Virus record (IMG/VR): IMGVR_UViG_2806310702_000003
Coordinates: 25,379 to 89,378 of that record
Source: a virus
Taxonomy: Duplodnaviria > Caudoviricetes
DNA: 64,000 nt
Direction: 5' to 3' (one strand)
The position numbers and the translations under genes are program-made. Below, piece by piece: positions 1-9,893 of the stretch. The notes beneath the pieces were generated by a model, which was given only the letters and a program-made list of their open reading frames with translations, ran no database searches and was not told the DNA's origin. Every line of letters begins with the position of its first letter. Position 1 is the first letter of the stretch.

Positions 1-169
1 TTACATCTAAATCTTTCTTAAAGTCTTCTAAGCTTTTGTTATTGTTAAAGCTAACTTCCATGTTGTTTTTCACATTTCTATTAACTTTTTTTATTTCTTT
101 AGTTATTACTGCTCCAGTTGTAACTATTGCTGCTGCATTTACTAATAATGCAATTGCTACTATGTTCAT

Positions 170-418
170 TTATATTTCCTCCTTTAATTTTTGTAAACAT
201 TCCTTACAAATGTTCTTGCCTTTATAGTTAATTACATCTCTAGCATTTCCACAGAATATACAAGCTGGCTGATACTTCTTTAAAATTATCTGTTCTCCTT
301 CAATAAAAATTTCCATGCTTGTTTCATTTTCAGCAATATCTAAAGTTCTTCTTAATTCTTTTGGTAAAACAACCCTGCCTAGCTGGTCCACTTTTCTAAC
401 TACTCCTGTATTTTTCAT
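170..418 (-). CDS. abrB: AbrB-family transition-state regulator
   Basis: MKNTGVVRKVDQLGRVVLPKELRRTLDI...LKKYQPACIFCG matches the AbrB signature. Confidence 0.9.
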   Translation of the reverse strand: MKNTGVVRKVDQLGRVVLPKELRRTLDIAENETSMEIFIEGEQIILKKYQPACIFCGNARDVINYKGKNICKECLQKLKEEI

Positions 419-484
419 TTTTAATCCTCCTATTTACATTTTTATATTAAATTTTAGGCTATCGTACTAAACATATAATTTTTA

Positions 485-655
485 TTAGTCTACTTCCTCA
501 TTTAACCATTCCAATTGTGCTTTATGTCTTTCTTTCCACCATGCTAAATCAATATCATAATTTTCTTGTATATATGCAATTATCATTTTGAGAGATTGTT
601 CTTCAGCACCTTCTTGTACATTAAGCTCTTTATTAAACCACTCATATCTTTTCAT
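485..655 (-). CDS. Small hypothetical phage protein (56 aa, not in ORF track)
   Basis: MKRYEWFNKELNVQEG... read by eye, RBS GAGGG upstream. Confidence 0.55.
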   Translation of the reverse strand: MKRYEWFNKELNVQEGAEEQSLKMIIAYIQENYDIDLAWWKERHKAQLEWLNEEVD

Positions 656-666
656 ATTTTACCCTC

Positions 667-1017
667 TTATTTTGCATAAAGTATGCCACCCATACATGTC
701 TTTACAATCTCCATATTCTCATAACCTTCTTTTTTCCAATTTAAATTTCTAACAAGATTATCTACATCTTCTCTATCTATTCTTAAAAGTTGTTCTATCT
801 CATCCTTGTGATAATATTTCTTGCTAAATAATTTAAATAGCTTCTTTTGCAAATACAGCTTAGATCTAACATCTAGTGCATATCTACTATGTTTAGAGCA
901 TAAACATACTTTATTTATTGGTGCTTGTGACATTACACTGCATTGATTTCTTTTTATTATGTCATGTACCTTTATGTCTAAATTTTTTCCACAAACCTTA
1001 CACTGTTCCATTATCAA
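667..1017 (-). CDS. Hypothetical protein with CxxC, HNH-like
   Basis: CKVC...VHDI...CLCSKH pattern. Confidence 0.5.
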   Translation of the reverse strand: MIMEQCKVCGKNLDIKVHDIIKRNQCSVMSQAPINKVCLCSKHSRYALDVRSKLYLQKKLFKLFSKKYYHKDEIEQLLRIDREDVDNLVRNLNWKKEGYENMEIVKTCMGGILYAK

Positions 1018-1028
1018 ATTTCACCTTC

Positions 1029-1531
1029 CTTTATTTTTGCGAATTAAATTTCATGAAAACTAACCAATGCGTCTTTGCTCTTTTATTTCCCAATAAAGGT
1101 TTATGATCTATAACCTTTAAAATTTCTTTTAGCTTTATTTGTTCCTCATTCCACTTAAAAATTAATACTCCATAGTTGTCTAAAACTCTCATGCATTCTT
1201 CAAACCCTTTTTTAATATCTATTGGCCAATCATTATTTAACTTTCCATATTTCTTGGCCAACCAAGAATTTTCTCCAACTTTAATTAAATGTGGTGGATC
1301 AAAAACTACTAGCTTGAAAGTATTATCTTTATATGGAATATGTCTAAAATCTCCTACCACATCTGGTTTAATTATTAATTTTCTTCCGTCACATAATGTA
1401 TCTTCCAATTCTCTATTATCCATAAAAATTGCATCTTTATTTTCTTTATCAAACCAAAACATTCTGCTTCCACAACATACATCTAATATAGGCTTTTCCA
1501 AACTCTCACCCCTTCACAATCTACTATTTTT
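1029..1531. repeat. 503-bp direct repeat, copy 1 (methyltransferase cassette)
   Basis: Matches 47555-48057 by eye; identical 156-aa translation; identity stops at both ends inside conserved short motifs. Confidence 0.93.
1031..1501 (-). CDS. SAM-dependent (probably DNA amino-) methyltransferase, copy 1
   Basis: ILDVCCGSRMFW SAM-binding motif and VVFDPPH catalytic-like motif. Confidence 0.8.
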   Translation of the reverse strand: MEKPILDVCCGSRMFWFDKENKDAIFMDNRELEDTLCDGRKLIIKPDVVGDFRHIPYKDNTFKLVVFDPPHLIKVGENSWLAKKYGKLNNDWPIDIKKGFEECMRVLDNYGVLIFKWNEEQIKLKEILKVIDHKPLLGNKRAKTHWLVFMKFNSQK

Positions 1532-2120
1532 GTACATGTTTATTTACTTCTGATATCTTCTTATATATATCTGCTATAAGAATTCCTGTTCTTGTTAAAT
1601 TAGCATCGTTTTTTATTAACTTCTTTTTATTCAATATTAATAACTGGTGTTTTGACACTAATATTAAATTATTAATATTAAAATTAGCTCTGTTACCATC
1701 TCCAAATATGATCATATGTCCTTTGGGAATTGGACCATTATGTTTTTCCCAAATTAGATGGTGTTTTAATCTCCATTTATTTGGTTCTTTTATTTTAATT
1801 TCTGTATATCCATCTGCTGTTATTCTTTCACTTCCTACTTCTTTGTGGTTATGGGGTTTATGTCCATTTTTAAACCATGTTTTTTCGCAGCCTTTGTTGT
1901 ATACACCCTTAATTCCTTTATTCCATGGTTTATAACCTTTTGGGAATTGCCCAGTTAATCCACTTTTAAGTTTATGTCTTTTTTTAAAAGCTTCTATCTG
2001 GTTAATTGTTAAATTCAATAAAAAATGTTTGTTAAATTTAGCAGTAAGTTCCTTGGTGCTTATACCTTTAACATTGTTTTTTATAAAATCCGACTGTTCT
2101 GCTGTAAATACATGAGCCAC
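1524..2120 (-). CDS. HNH endonuclease
   Basis: KHHLIWEKHNGPIPKGHMIIFGDGNRANFNINNL, plus FxKGxxPWN/PHN repeats. Confidence 0.8.
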   Translation of the reverse strand: MAHVFTAEQSDFIKNNVKGISTKELTAKFNKHFLLNLTINQIEAFKKRHKLKSGLTGQFPKGYKPWNKGIKGVYNKGCEKTWFKNGHKPHNHKEVGSERITADGYTEIKIKEPNKWRLKHHLIWEKHNGPIPKGHMIIFGDGNRANFNINNLILVSKHQLLILNKKKLIKNDANLTRTGILIADIYKKISEVNKHVQK

Positions 2121-2122
2121 TT

Positions 2123-2356
2123 TTATCCCTCCAGCATTTTAGGTAATTCTGTAGTTTCTCTTCCTAATGTTTCAGCTTGTACTTTTTTAGCGTTTAAAAT
2201 TAATACTCCATTACTTATTATCTTATTAGCTACATCTGTAACTGCTTTTGCTCTGTTTATCTCTTGTTTTAATTCTTCTCCTGTTAAATCTTCATCACTC
2301 AATCTTTCTAATTGAGCAAATAAATGATTATTTAAATCACCAAGTGTGTTTCTCAT
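2123..2356 (-). CDS. Conserved phage protein preceding the HNH gene
   Basis: MRNTLGDLNNHLFAQLERL, good RBS. Confidence 0.7.
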   Translation of the reverse strand: MRNTLGDLNNHLFAQLERLSDEDLTGEELKQEINRAKAVTDVANKIISNGVLILNAKKVQAETLGRETTELPKMLEG

Positions 2357-2730
2357 AATACCTCCTATAACTATTTTAGTTTCTTTTTGTGCGAAATTAC
2401 TTGTTTTTGTAAGTAAAAAATTTGCTATTTTTTAAGCATTCTTTCTTAGTTGTTACAGAAATGTTTAACTGCTTTCGAATAGCTTGTACTACAAGTATAA
2501 CAAACTATATTGTCTTTGTTAAATGCTATTTAAGCATTTTGAAGGTATTAATACATTAAAAAGAGTTATTTGAACTAAATAGCTTGTATTTTCTTTTAAT
2601 ATAGCGAAATTACTTTCTTTTTTTATTGAATTGGTGTTTATAGGTATGATATAATGTTCTTGCGGCATACTTTATAATAAAGTATACTGATTTATAAAAT
2701 AATTTGATATAAAGAAAAGAGAGGGTTACA

Positions 2731-3144
2731 ATGGCAATTTTAAAGAAGGAAAGTAAAAAAAGTGAAATGAAAACATTAGGACAGAAAATAAGGGAACAGA
2801 GAAAATCAAAGGGTTTGACAATAAGAGATTTAGCACAACTTTGTGAAGTATCATCTTCATTTATAGGTTCTATAGAACGAGGTGATAATATGCCTAGCAT
2901 GATAAGAATTAAGCAATTAGCACACATACTAGGTCTAAGCATAACTTATTTACTAGGTGAAAAAGAAATGGAGATAAATGAAAAAGAAGTGCTTGATCGT
3001 TTAAAAGATGGAAATGACAATTATGAAAATTTCTTAAAAAATCATGTATTTCCTAACGGATTAACTTATGACCAAATGTGTGATAAAATAAAAACATTTG
3101 AGCAGTTCCAAATTTTACTTGAAAATGCAAATAAAAAGAAATAA
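2731..3144 (+). CDS. XRE-family HTH repressor (CI-like, phage X)
   Basis: LGQKIREQRKSKGLTIRDLAQLCEVSSSFIGSIERG HTH; divergent from early genes. Confidence 0.85.
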   Translation: MAILKKESKKSEMKTLGQKIREQRKSKGLTIRDLAQLCEVSSSFIGSIERGDNMPSMIRIKQLAHILGLSITYLLGEKEMEINEKEVLDRLKDGNDNYENFLKNHVFPNGLTYDQMCDKIKTFEQFQILLENANKKK

Positions 3145-3215
3145 TATATAAAATTAAACATACAGAAATAGGACAAGTTGAAAAATAACTTTATCCTATT
3201 TCTTTTTTTATTAAA

Positions 3216-4175
3216 TTATTTTTTATTATCATACCATCCTAATAATTTTTTTTCTAAATCATTATAATCATAAGAACGCTGCTCGTAGTTATTAAATGAA
3301 TCAACATTATTTTCTTTTTTATCTTCAACAATTATATTGGTTGTATTTTGCTTATCGATATTATTTAATGTCGCAAGTAAATAGGTATCATAATTTTTTA
3401 TATCCGTAGAAACTGTAGAAGCAGTTATTATTGCTTTTGCTATATTCATATAATCATATACTAATAGTAATTTTTCTATAGTAGTACGTTTAACTTTATA
3501 ATTACATTTTTGAGCAATACATAAAATGTATTTAATCTTTTCTTCTTCATCTGTAGAAGAAGAAGATTTATTATCAGTATTTGTTATATTTTTAGTATTA
3601 GTATTAATAAGTATTTGTTGTCCTTCCTTTTCTATATATAGTTTTTCTACTTGTACCTTTTGGGAAAGTAGTTCAAACGCAGATGTTTCCTTGCTTTCTT
3701 CTAGTTTTCCCTTTTGGCAAAGTAGTATTTCTTCTCTTTCAAGCACAATAGGAATTTGTCTTGTAAATTTACCTACAGTTATTTTTTTAGTTACTATGTT
3801 TCCAGTTTCATCTTTTAGATACTTTTCTTTTACAGAAGCAATAATAAGATGATCCTCAAAAGGTTCTTCTGATACTAGAGTTTCCCAATGATGAACCTTG
3901 CCTGTTTCCATATCGTACACTCTATACCTTTGCATATATTTGTTTTCTATTAATTCATTTATTCCACTTCTAACTGATTTTTCTTTATCTCCAAAACGGA
4001 TTAAGTCTGATATATACACTTGCCAATCATTCGGTTTTGAAAGAATATATGTAGCTATTCCAAGTGCTTTATATGATAAATTTTTATTATTTATTAGATT
4101 ATTTGAGATTTGAGCGAATTTATCTTCCTTTTTTGCTTTTCTAAAGATGCTTTGATTTAAATTGTTTATTGACAT
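3216..4175 (-). CDS. Replication initiator (plasmid-state Rep candidate)
   Basis: N-terminal FAQISNNLINNKNLSYKALG winged-helix type; C-terminal FNNYEQRSYDYNDLEKKLLGW; internal repeats CCTTTTGGNAAAGTAGT; next to ParMR. Confidence 0.7.
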   Translation of the reverse strand: MSINNLNQSIFRKAKKEDKFAQISNNLINNKNLSYKALGIATYILSKPNDWQVYISDLIRFGDKEKSVRSGINELIENKYMQRYRVYDMETGKVHHWETLVSEEPFEDHLIIASVKEKYLKDETGNIVTKKITVGKFTRQIPIVLEREEILLCQKGKLEESKETSAFELLSQKVQVEKLYIEKEGQQILINTNTKNITNTDNKSSSSTDEEEKIKYILCIAQKCNYKVKRTTIEKLLLVYDYMNIAKAIITASTVSTDIKNYDTYLLATLNNIDKQNTTNIIVEDKKENNVDSFNNYEQRSYDYNDLEKKLLGWYDNKK

Positions 4176-4274
4176 AAAAAGTCCTCCTATTATGTATCTA
4201 AAAAAGCTTACACAAATAAGAGGTTTTTACCTAAAATCTATTGACTATTATATATACATATAATATAATTATGT

Positions 4275-4372
4275 ATATAATAAGTATATAGAAAAAGGTT
4301 AAACCTTTATTGTGCATCCGTATCAATTTTAGCGGTCAAACTAATGGATTGATACGGGTTTGTTCTTTTTTG
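4275..4372 (+). ncRNA. Putative antisense (counter-transcript) RNA in the rep leader
   Basis: TTGACT-17-TATAAT at 4241-4269; long hairpin 4316-4359 followed by T-tract; homologous layout at 54540-54670. Confidence 0.55.
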
Positions 4373-4792
4373 ATATTTATTTTTTATTTTCGATTATTTT
4401 TGTATTTATATTGTAATTTTACAACATAATATAATAGTTTGTAAAGCGCTAGTTAAAAAACTGGTGCTTTTATTTTTATTTTACTTTTTATGGGATTTAT
4501 TATAACATAGTAGATATAGATGTTATTAATATTCTATTATAAATCTATTAGGAAAATATCAAGCACACATTTTATAAAAACTTAATATTATAATTATTAT
4601 AAATCTATCAGAAAGCTATCATATTTATACTTGGAATTAGTTATAAATATGATACAAACTTTATTTTAATAGAAAAACAATGAAAATATATTAGAAATAT
4701 GTTGAATAAGTAGCATAAAAAATATATACTATAAGTATTATTAGAATAAAAATAGTTTTCTAATAGAAATATATTAAATTGGGGGAAGTAAT

Positions 4793-5716
4793 ATGGGAAT
4801 TGAAAAAGAAATACAAATTATAGGATTGGACATAGGAAGAGGATATGTCAAGGGGTATTCTGAAATAAACGAAATGAAGAAAGAAGTACTTTTTAAATCT
4901 ATAATAAGTGAAGGAAGATCACTTAATTTTGATGAATTTGAAAATCCAATATATGTAGAAGCAGTTGGAGAAAAATATTTTGCAGGATTATTAGCTGAAA
5001 AGGAAGGGTATACACCTATTAGAAATAGTAAAGACAGCAAAGTATCTGATACAGTTGAAAAACTTGTTTACGCTGCATTAAATTCATTAGCAGTTAAAGA
5101 AAAAGTAAGTATAATGTTTGGTGTTCCTTATAAGCTTTTTAAAAAAAGTACATTAGAAGAAGTTGTATCAAAATATTCTAATAAAAATATTAAAATAAAA
5201 GATAATATAACTGGAGCATATAAAAATATAACAATATGTAATGTAAGTATATTTAGAGAAGCTGATGCAGCAGCTATGTGGGAAGTTAGAAATAACATGG
5301 AAAATGCTAAACCTATTGGAATTGCAAATATAGGATTTAGAACAACAGAACTAAGTTATTTTGACAAAGGATTGAGGTTTAACGATAAATATTCTAAGAC
5401 AATAGAACTGGGAAATAGAACTGCTTTAAAGATGATACAAGACCACCTCGAAAGTAATAATATAATGAAAGAATTACAAGAAATAGATAGTTCTGATGAT
5501 TATGAAAATTTGAAAAGAAAAGCTTATAAAGTACTATCTGAAAGAGTTAGCCAAGATATTGAAGATAACTGGATTAACTTAGACGAAATGGAGATATTAA
5601 TAGCAGGTGGAACTGCTAAACACATGAAATTTGATGAAGGATTTAGAATAATAGATGAACCTCAAATGGCAACTGCTAAAGGGTTGTACTTAGTAGGTAC
5701 TAGAGTTTTTAAATAG
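4793..5716 (+). CDS. parM: ParM/StbA actin-like partition ATPase
   Basis: GLDIGRGYVK, NIGFRTT and LIAGGTA actin-fold motifs. Confidence 0.88.
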   Translation: MGIEKEIQIIGLDIGRGYVKGYSEINEMKKEVLFKSIISEGRSLNFDEFENPIYVEAVGEKYFAGLLAEKEGYTPIRNSKDSKVSDTVEKLVYAALNSLAVKEKVSIMFGVPYKLFKKSTLEEVVSKYSNKNIKIKDNITGAYKNITICNVSIFREADAAAMWEVRNNMENAKPIGIANIGFRTTELSYFDKGLRFNDKYSKTIELGNRTALKMIQDHLESNNIMKELQEIDSSDDYENLKRKAYKVLSERVSQDIEDNWINLDEMEILIAGGTAKHMKFDEGFRIIDEPQMATAKGLYLVGTRVFK

Positions 5717-5724
5717 GTGATATT

Positions 5725-6024
5725 ATGAAAAAAAGTATAAGTTTTAATTTAGAAGAAGATATTATAGAAAAGATAGAGCAATATCAAAAAGAAAAAAGGC
5801 TAAGTTCCAGAAGTGCTGCTCTTGAAAGAATAATTTTATCTATGGATCATATTAATATTAATAACATGTTAGAGATTTTCAAAAATACATTACAAAATAA
5901 TAATATAGATACACAAGTAAAAAAAGAAGATGTAATAGTAGAAGAACCTTTAAAAGAAGAAATAAAAAACAACAAAATAGAAAATAGTGTAAATGATATA
6001 TTTAGTAGTATGCCCCAAGATTAA
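5725..6024 (+). CDS. ParR-like RHH adaptor
   Basis: KKSISFNLEEDIIEKI...SRSAALERII RHH pattern, directly after parM. Confidence 0.7.
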   Translation: MKKSISFNLEEDIIEKIEQYQKEKRLSSRSAALERIILSMDHININNMLEIFKNTLQNNNIDTQVKKEDVIVEEPLKEEIKNNKIENSVNDIFSSMPQD

Positions 6025-6126
6025 CTTGGGGTTTTGTTTTGAAAAAGTATAGGTATTTGATAATTTTAACTAGTTTATTTATATGTAAAAAAATGCTCTG
6101 GAGTATATTCCAGAGCATTCAAAATA

Positions 6127-8481
6127 TCATCTTATTGGTGCTGGTAATTTAGTTATAAATCTAGCATATCCATTTGTTGTTTTTATAAGATTTAAACTAC
6201 TATACCTTTTCAAATTAAGCAAATCTTCTAATTGAAACGGTTGTAATTCTTCTTCTAATTCTTTATAATTTTTCTTATCTGTACCTTGCAATAACATATA
6301 AGATGCTCCAGAAGCTTTTAAAGATTCTCTAATAGTTTCTATTTGACTTAAATAATGTGCTGATATAATAAATTTAAGTTGGAATTTACGACATTGAGGT
6401 AATATATCTTTAAGCATATTTTCGCTTGTAGGTGCTTGAAATATTTCATCTAATAATACATGAGTTCTCAATGGCTTATCATGTATTTTACCTCTAATTT
6501 GAGAAGCTAACCAAATTTTTGTTGTGAAATAAGTTACTATTACATTTTTAACATATTTAAGTGGATATTTATGTTCTGGAATTTTAATTAAGATTACTTT
6601 CCCTTGTTCTAGTTGTTCTACAAAATCTATATTATTTTCTAAGGATTTATTAAACATAAATTTTAATTTGAAATCTTCTTTTAATAAATTTATTCTATCT
6701 AATATGTGTTCTATTTTACTATCTTTATTACTAAATCTTAGTGTTTTTACTTCTTTTGTTGTAGGGTCCTTAATTTCTTTTACTTCATTTAATTCATCTA
6801 GTGCTTTTATTTCATCTTCCAAAAACTTTTTTAAATTTTCTGGAGTTTCTTCATATAATTTATCTCTAGTAGCAGGATATTGTAATGCATTTATAACATC
6901 TCTAAGACTTTTATTTTCTTTTAAATGCACTATATTAGCTGCTGCACTTAAATACCTTCTCATTCTAGAAGTTAAAGGAGCACCATCACTGTTTATTGCA
7001 TCTATTAAAGCCATATCTTGTTGTGCTATTAAATTAGCAGTTTCTAAAATTTCAAACTCTGTCATATTCTCCTTAAATTTAATTTCGTTGTAACCAAACC
7101 CTTGTAGGTCCTGTTCTTTTGACATATCTATAATTAGTAGCTTTTCTTTAGGTACTACTGTTTCAATATCACTAGACAACTCACAGTTTTTAATAAAATC
7201 TAAAACTATAAGGTTTTCTCCAGCTTTAATTACATCACTTGCATAATTTTTGAAGTATTCGGACTTTCCAGAACCCTGTGGACCCATAACTACTAATCCT
7301 AAATTTGCTAAGTTTTTATCACTGCTCATATACGCTAGTTTCTTATTGCCTTTATAATCATTTTCTCCTAGTTTTATATATCCATTTTGCAATTCTTGTG
7401 AAAGTTGATTTTCCAGTATATTTCTATGTTGAATACAACTATATTTTTCTAGTAAATCTCTAGCTGGTAACTGGATAAAATTATGACATTCCTCTGTGCT
7501 TATTCTGTTTTCTTCAACTCTTGCAATTTTAAAATCAGTTGCATTAAATATATGTTTTTTAGAAATTTTTCTATATGAAAGTTCATTATCTTCTGAAATA
7601 GAGTTATAAGATTCCATAATTGAAATGATATTATTACGTTTCCTAATAATTTCTGTACTATCTGATAAAACTAAAATTTGAGTATTTAAGATAGTAGCTT
7701 CTTTTTTATTTAGTGTATGTGTAGAAAGTTTTTTATTAGAATTTAACAAACATGTTGCAAGTTCAAGCAAAGTTTCCTTATTATCTTTTTTTATTTCACC
7801 TCCTATAAAATCCAGAATGCTTTCTGTAAGCATCTGCATAAATTCTAATGCATAAGTGAATATAGTTTTTATTATAAATGCACTACTTCTTTTTTCCCGT
7901 TCTAGAGGTAAATTTCTTTTGAATTTATTTAGAGTTTCATTATAATTCTTTTTCCATGACAATTGACAACAAGGCATGAAATTATAAAATATTCCTATAC
8001 GATCATCATCTTTTAATATATCCAATACATTTAAAATTTGATTAAGAGGTGTATTAGATTTTTTATTGATATTTAAAGATAAAGCATCTTCTTTTTTATA
8101 ATTTAATTGATATTTAAGAACATCTTGAGAAAAGGATTTAACTTCCTTTACTTCTTCTATAGTTATTTGTGACCAAGTTTGAAGAATTTTATCTTTTATA
8201 AGAGTTGCATATTGTTCTGGAACTATAAAATAAAAACTAGTATTATCTTTTGTTATATCTATAAAATAACTGCACTTTACTTGTGTTTCTATAAAATATT
8301 TTTTTTCAACCTTTTTAATTCTCTGATTAATGGTTTTATACATACTTTGAATTGATTTTGCTATATTGGAACTATCATAATTTCTTATAGATGAATGTGG
8401 AATAAGTTTTAAATAAATATACTTTGGTTTAATTATTTCAAAGTAGTTAGATATTTTAATACTAACTTTTTTCTTAAACAT
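6127..8481 (-). CDS. VirB4/TraG-like (FtsK-HerA superfamily) P-loop ATPase, copy 1
   Basis: Walker A GPQGSGKS, Walker B LLDE, CRKFQLKFIISAHYLSQ; clear paralogue of 54812-57136. Confidence 0.75.
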   Translation of the reverse strand: MFKKKVSIKISNYFEIIKPKYIYLKLIPHSSIRNYDSSNIAKSIQSMYKTINQRIKKVEKKYFIETQVKCSYFIDITKDNTSFYFIVPEQYATLIKDKILQTWSQITIEEVKEVKSFSQDVLKYQLNYKKEDALSLNINKKSNTPLNQILNVLDILKDDDRIGIFYNFMPCCQLSWKKNYNETLNKFKRNLPLEREKRSSAFIIKTIFTYALEFMQMLTESILDFIGGEIKKDNKETLLELATCLLNSNKKLSTHTLNKKEATILNTQILVLSDSTEIIRKRNNIISIMESYNSISEDNELSYRKISKKHIFNATDFKIARVEENRISTEECHNFIQLPARDLLEKYSCIQHRNILENQLSQELQNGYIKLGENDYKGNKKLAYMSSDKNLANLGLVVMGPQGSGKSEYFKNYASDVIKAGENLIVLDFIKNCELSSDIETVVPKEKLLIIDMSKEQDLQGFGYNEIKFKENMTEFEILETANLIAQQDMALIDAINSDGAPLTSRMRRYLSAAANIVHLKENKSLRDVINALQYPATRDKLYEETPENLKKFLEDEIKALDELNEVKEIKDPTTKEVKTLRFSNKDSKIEHILDRINLLKEDFKLKFMFNKSLENNIDFVEQLEQGKVILIKIPEHKYPLKYVKNVIVTYFTTKIWLASQIRGKIHDKPLRTHVLLDEIFQAPTSENMLKDILPQCRKFQLKFIISAHYLSQIETIRESLKASGASYMLLQGTDKKNYKELEEELQPFQLEDLLNLKRYSSLNLIKTTNGYARFITKLPAPIR

Positions 8482-8482
8482 A

Positions 8483-8761
8483 TTACACCTCCATAAAACT
8501 TGCTATTGCTTGTATTAATGCGTATCCAGTAATACTAATAGGTATTAACTTTCTTCCTTTTTTGCTACCACACATATATAAAAAGATTGAACCAAAACAT
8601 ATTACCAAAGCTATGTTGTAAGAAGCTCCTGCACCTTTTAAAAATAAGACCTTACAACCTTTAATTGGATGAAACATATAATAAAATCCATTTACAAGTG
8701 TATCTAAACTATTTTTTATTTGATTTAAAGTTTCTAACACATAAACTCCTCCCTTAAGCAA
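8483..8761 (-). CDS. Small membrane protein
   Basis: Two hydrophobic segments; counterpart at 57133-57468. Confidence 0.65.
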   Translation of the reverse strand: MLKGGVYVLETLNQIKNSLDTLVNGFYYMFHPIKGCKVLFLKGAGASYNIALVICFGSIFLYMCGSKKGRKLIPISITGYALIQAIASFMEV

Positions 8762-9164
8762 ATATATCCTTTATAATATCGAGAATCCAAGGCAATAGGT
8801 AAAGACTACTAAAAGCCAAAGCGTATTTTGTAATTATTTTAGCAATACTTTTTGTATCTCCTTGAAGCAATTCTTTTATAATGCTAGTAATACACATAAT
8901 AATACAAGTCCAGTAACCAATAGTTCTACAAATTCCCAAAATAGTATTTCCAGCTTGATCTATTTTTGCAACGCTAGCAGTTGATTTTGCTAATGCATTC
9001 TTGCAATATAACATATTTGCTAATACGAAAATACTTAGCTTTTTTAATTTTGAATTATTATTAATTTCTTTTGCTATTAGCTCCAAATTATTTAATTTCT
9101 TTTGTTCCTTTCTATCTTTTAAATTCTGTAAAAAACTAGAATGGTAAACACAAATTATCTGCAT
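8754..9164 (-). CDS. Membrane protein, TrbC/VirB2 pilin-like topology
   Basis: Start MQIICVY after GGAGG; ALA-type processing site followed by two TM helices; counterpart at 57479-57856. Confidence 0.55.
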   Translation of the reverse strand: MQIICVYHSSFLQNLKDRKEQKKLNNLELIAKEINNNSKLKKLSIFVLANMLYCKNALAKSTASVAKIDQAGNTILGICRTIGYWTCIIMCITSIIKELLQGDTKSIAKIITKYALAFSSLYLLPWILDIIKDIFA

Positions 9165-9222
9165 AAAAACCTCCTTATTGTAAATAATAAAAATAAATTG
9201 ATTCGGAAACGAGGGATATAAA

Positions 9223-9306
9223 ATGGATGTATTTTTTGCAATTACATTATTCATGGGTGGTATTCAAGTTGGAGCAGAAACAGTTTGTAAATTTTTAGGA
9301 ATGTAA
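9223..9306 (+). CDS. 27-aa hydrophobic micropeptide MDVFFAITLFMGGIQVGAETVCKFLGM
   Basis: RBS GAGGG; SigF/G-like promoter at 9161-9189; positional counterpart at 57928-57990. Confidence 0.55.
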   Translation: MDVFFAITLFMGGIQVGAETVCKFLGM

Positions 9307-9455
9307 ACAATATGTTAATAATTACAAAGTAAGTCGCAAAAGAGTAAACTTTTAGAAAGTTATAACATACGCTAGGAGTATACGAGGAAGCGTAGCAAGG
9401 AGTAACTCATAGCTTTCCTAGGCAAAGCCTAACCATTAATGGAAGGCTTTGTTTT
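9302..9455. other. Conserved non-coding element, copy 1
   Basis: Blocks TGTAAACAATATGTTAAT, AGTAAGTCGCAAAA, AGTAAACTTTTA, CATACGCTAG, AAGCGTAGCA, CTAACCAT shared with 57993-58150. Confidence 0.75.
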
Positions 9456-9497
9456 TATATATTTTTGATTAATGTTGGAGCAATTTTTATATAAAAT

Positions 9498-9650
9498 TTA
9501 CTCCTTATTTTCTTTTTGCTTTTTTAAATACTTTATATAGTATTCTATTGCATTTTTAATAAAGTTACTTTTTTCTTCCTGCCCCTGTACTTCTAAATAT
9601 AAATTCATATCTCTAGTAGTTTGTTTAAAGCTAACAGGTATTTTAGGCAT
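9498..9650 (-). CDS. 50-aa RHH-like DNA-binding protein
   Basis: MPKIPVSFKQTTRDMNLYLEV...KSNFIKNAIEYY; RBS AGGAGG; counterpart at 58178-58339. Confidence 0.65.
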   Translation of the reverse strand: MPKIPVSFKQTTRDMNLYLEVQGQEEKSNFIKNAIEYYIKYLKKQKENKE

Positions 9651-9893
9651 ATATTTTAATACCTCCTTACATCTTATTTAATACTAATGTATACAAAAAG
9701 GGTTCAAATTGTTACTAATTTCATTGACAAATTAAATAAAAATATTTAATATTTATATATAATTAACTATGTGGTATGTAAATTATGTTTATTATTATAT
9801 TTACAATGAACTTTTATATTAACTATGTGAGAAGTTATTTTCTATAAAAAAAACAAGGATACCTAAAATATAGTATCCTTAAAAATTATTATT

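Noticed and set aside
426-443. CCTCCTATTTACATTTT shared with ~47489-47505
   Set aside because: Short, AT-rich and includes the RBS; could be chance or a shared leader, with no further support.
6127-9164. Complete conjugative T4SS/ICE
   Set aside because: No relaxase, separate coupling protein, VirB6/B8 or lytic transglycosylase is recognisable.
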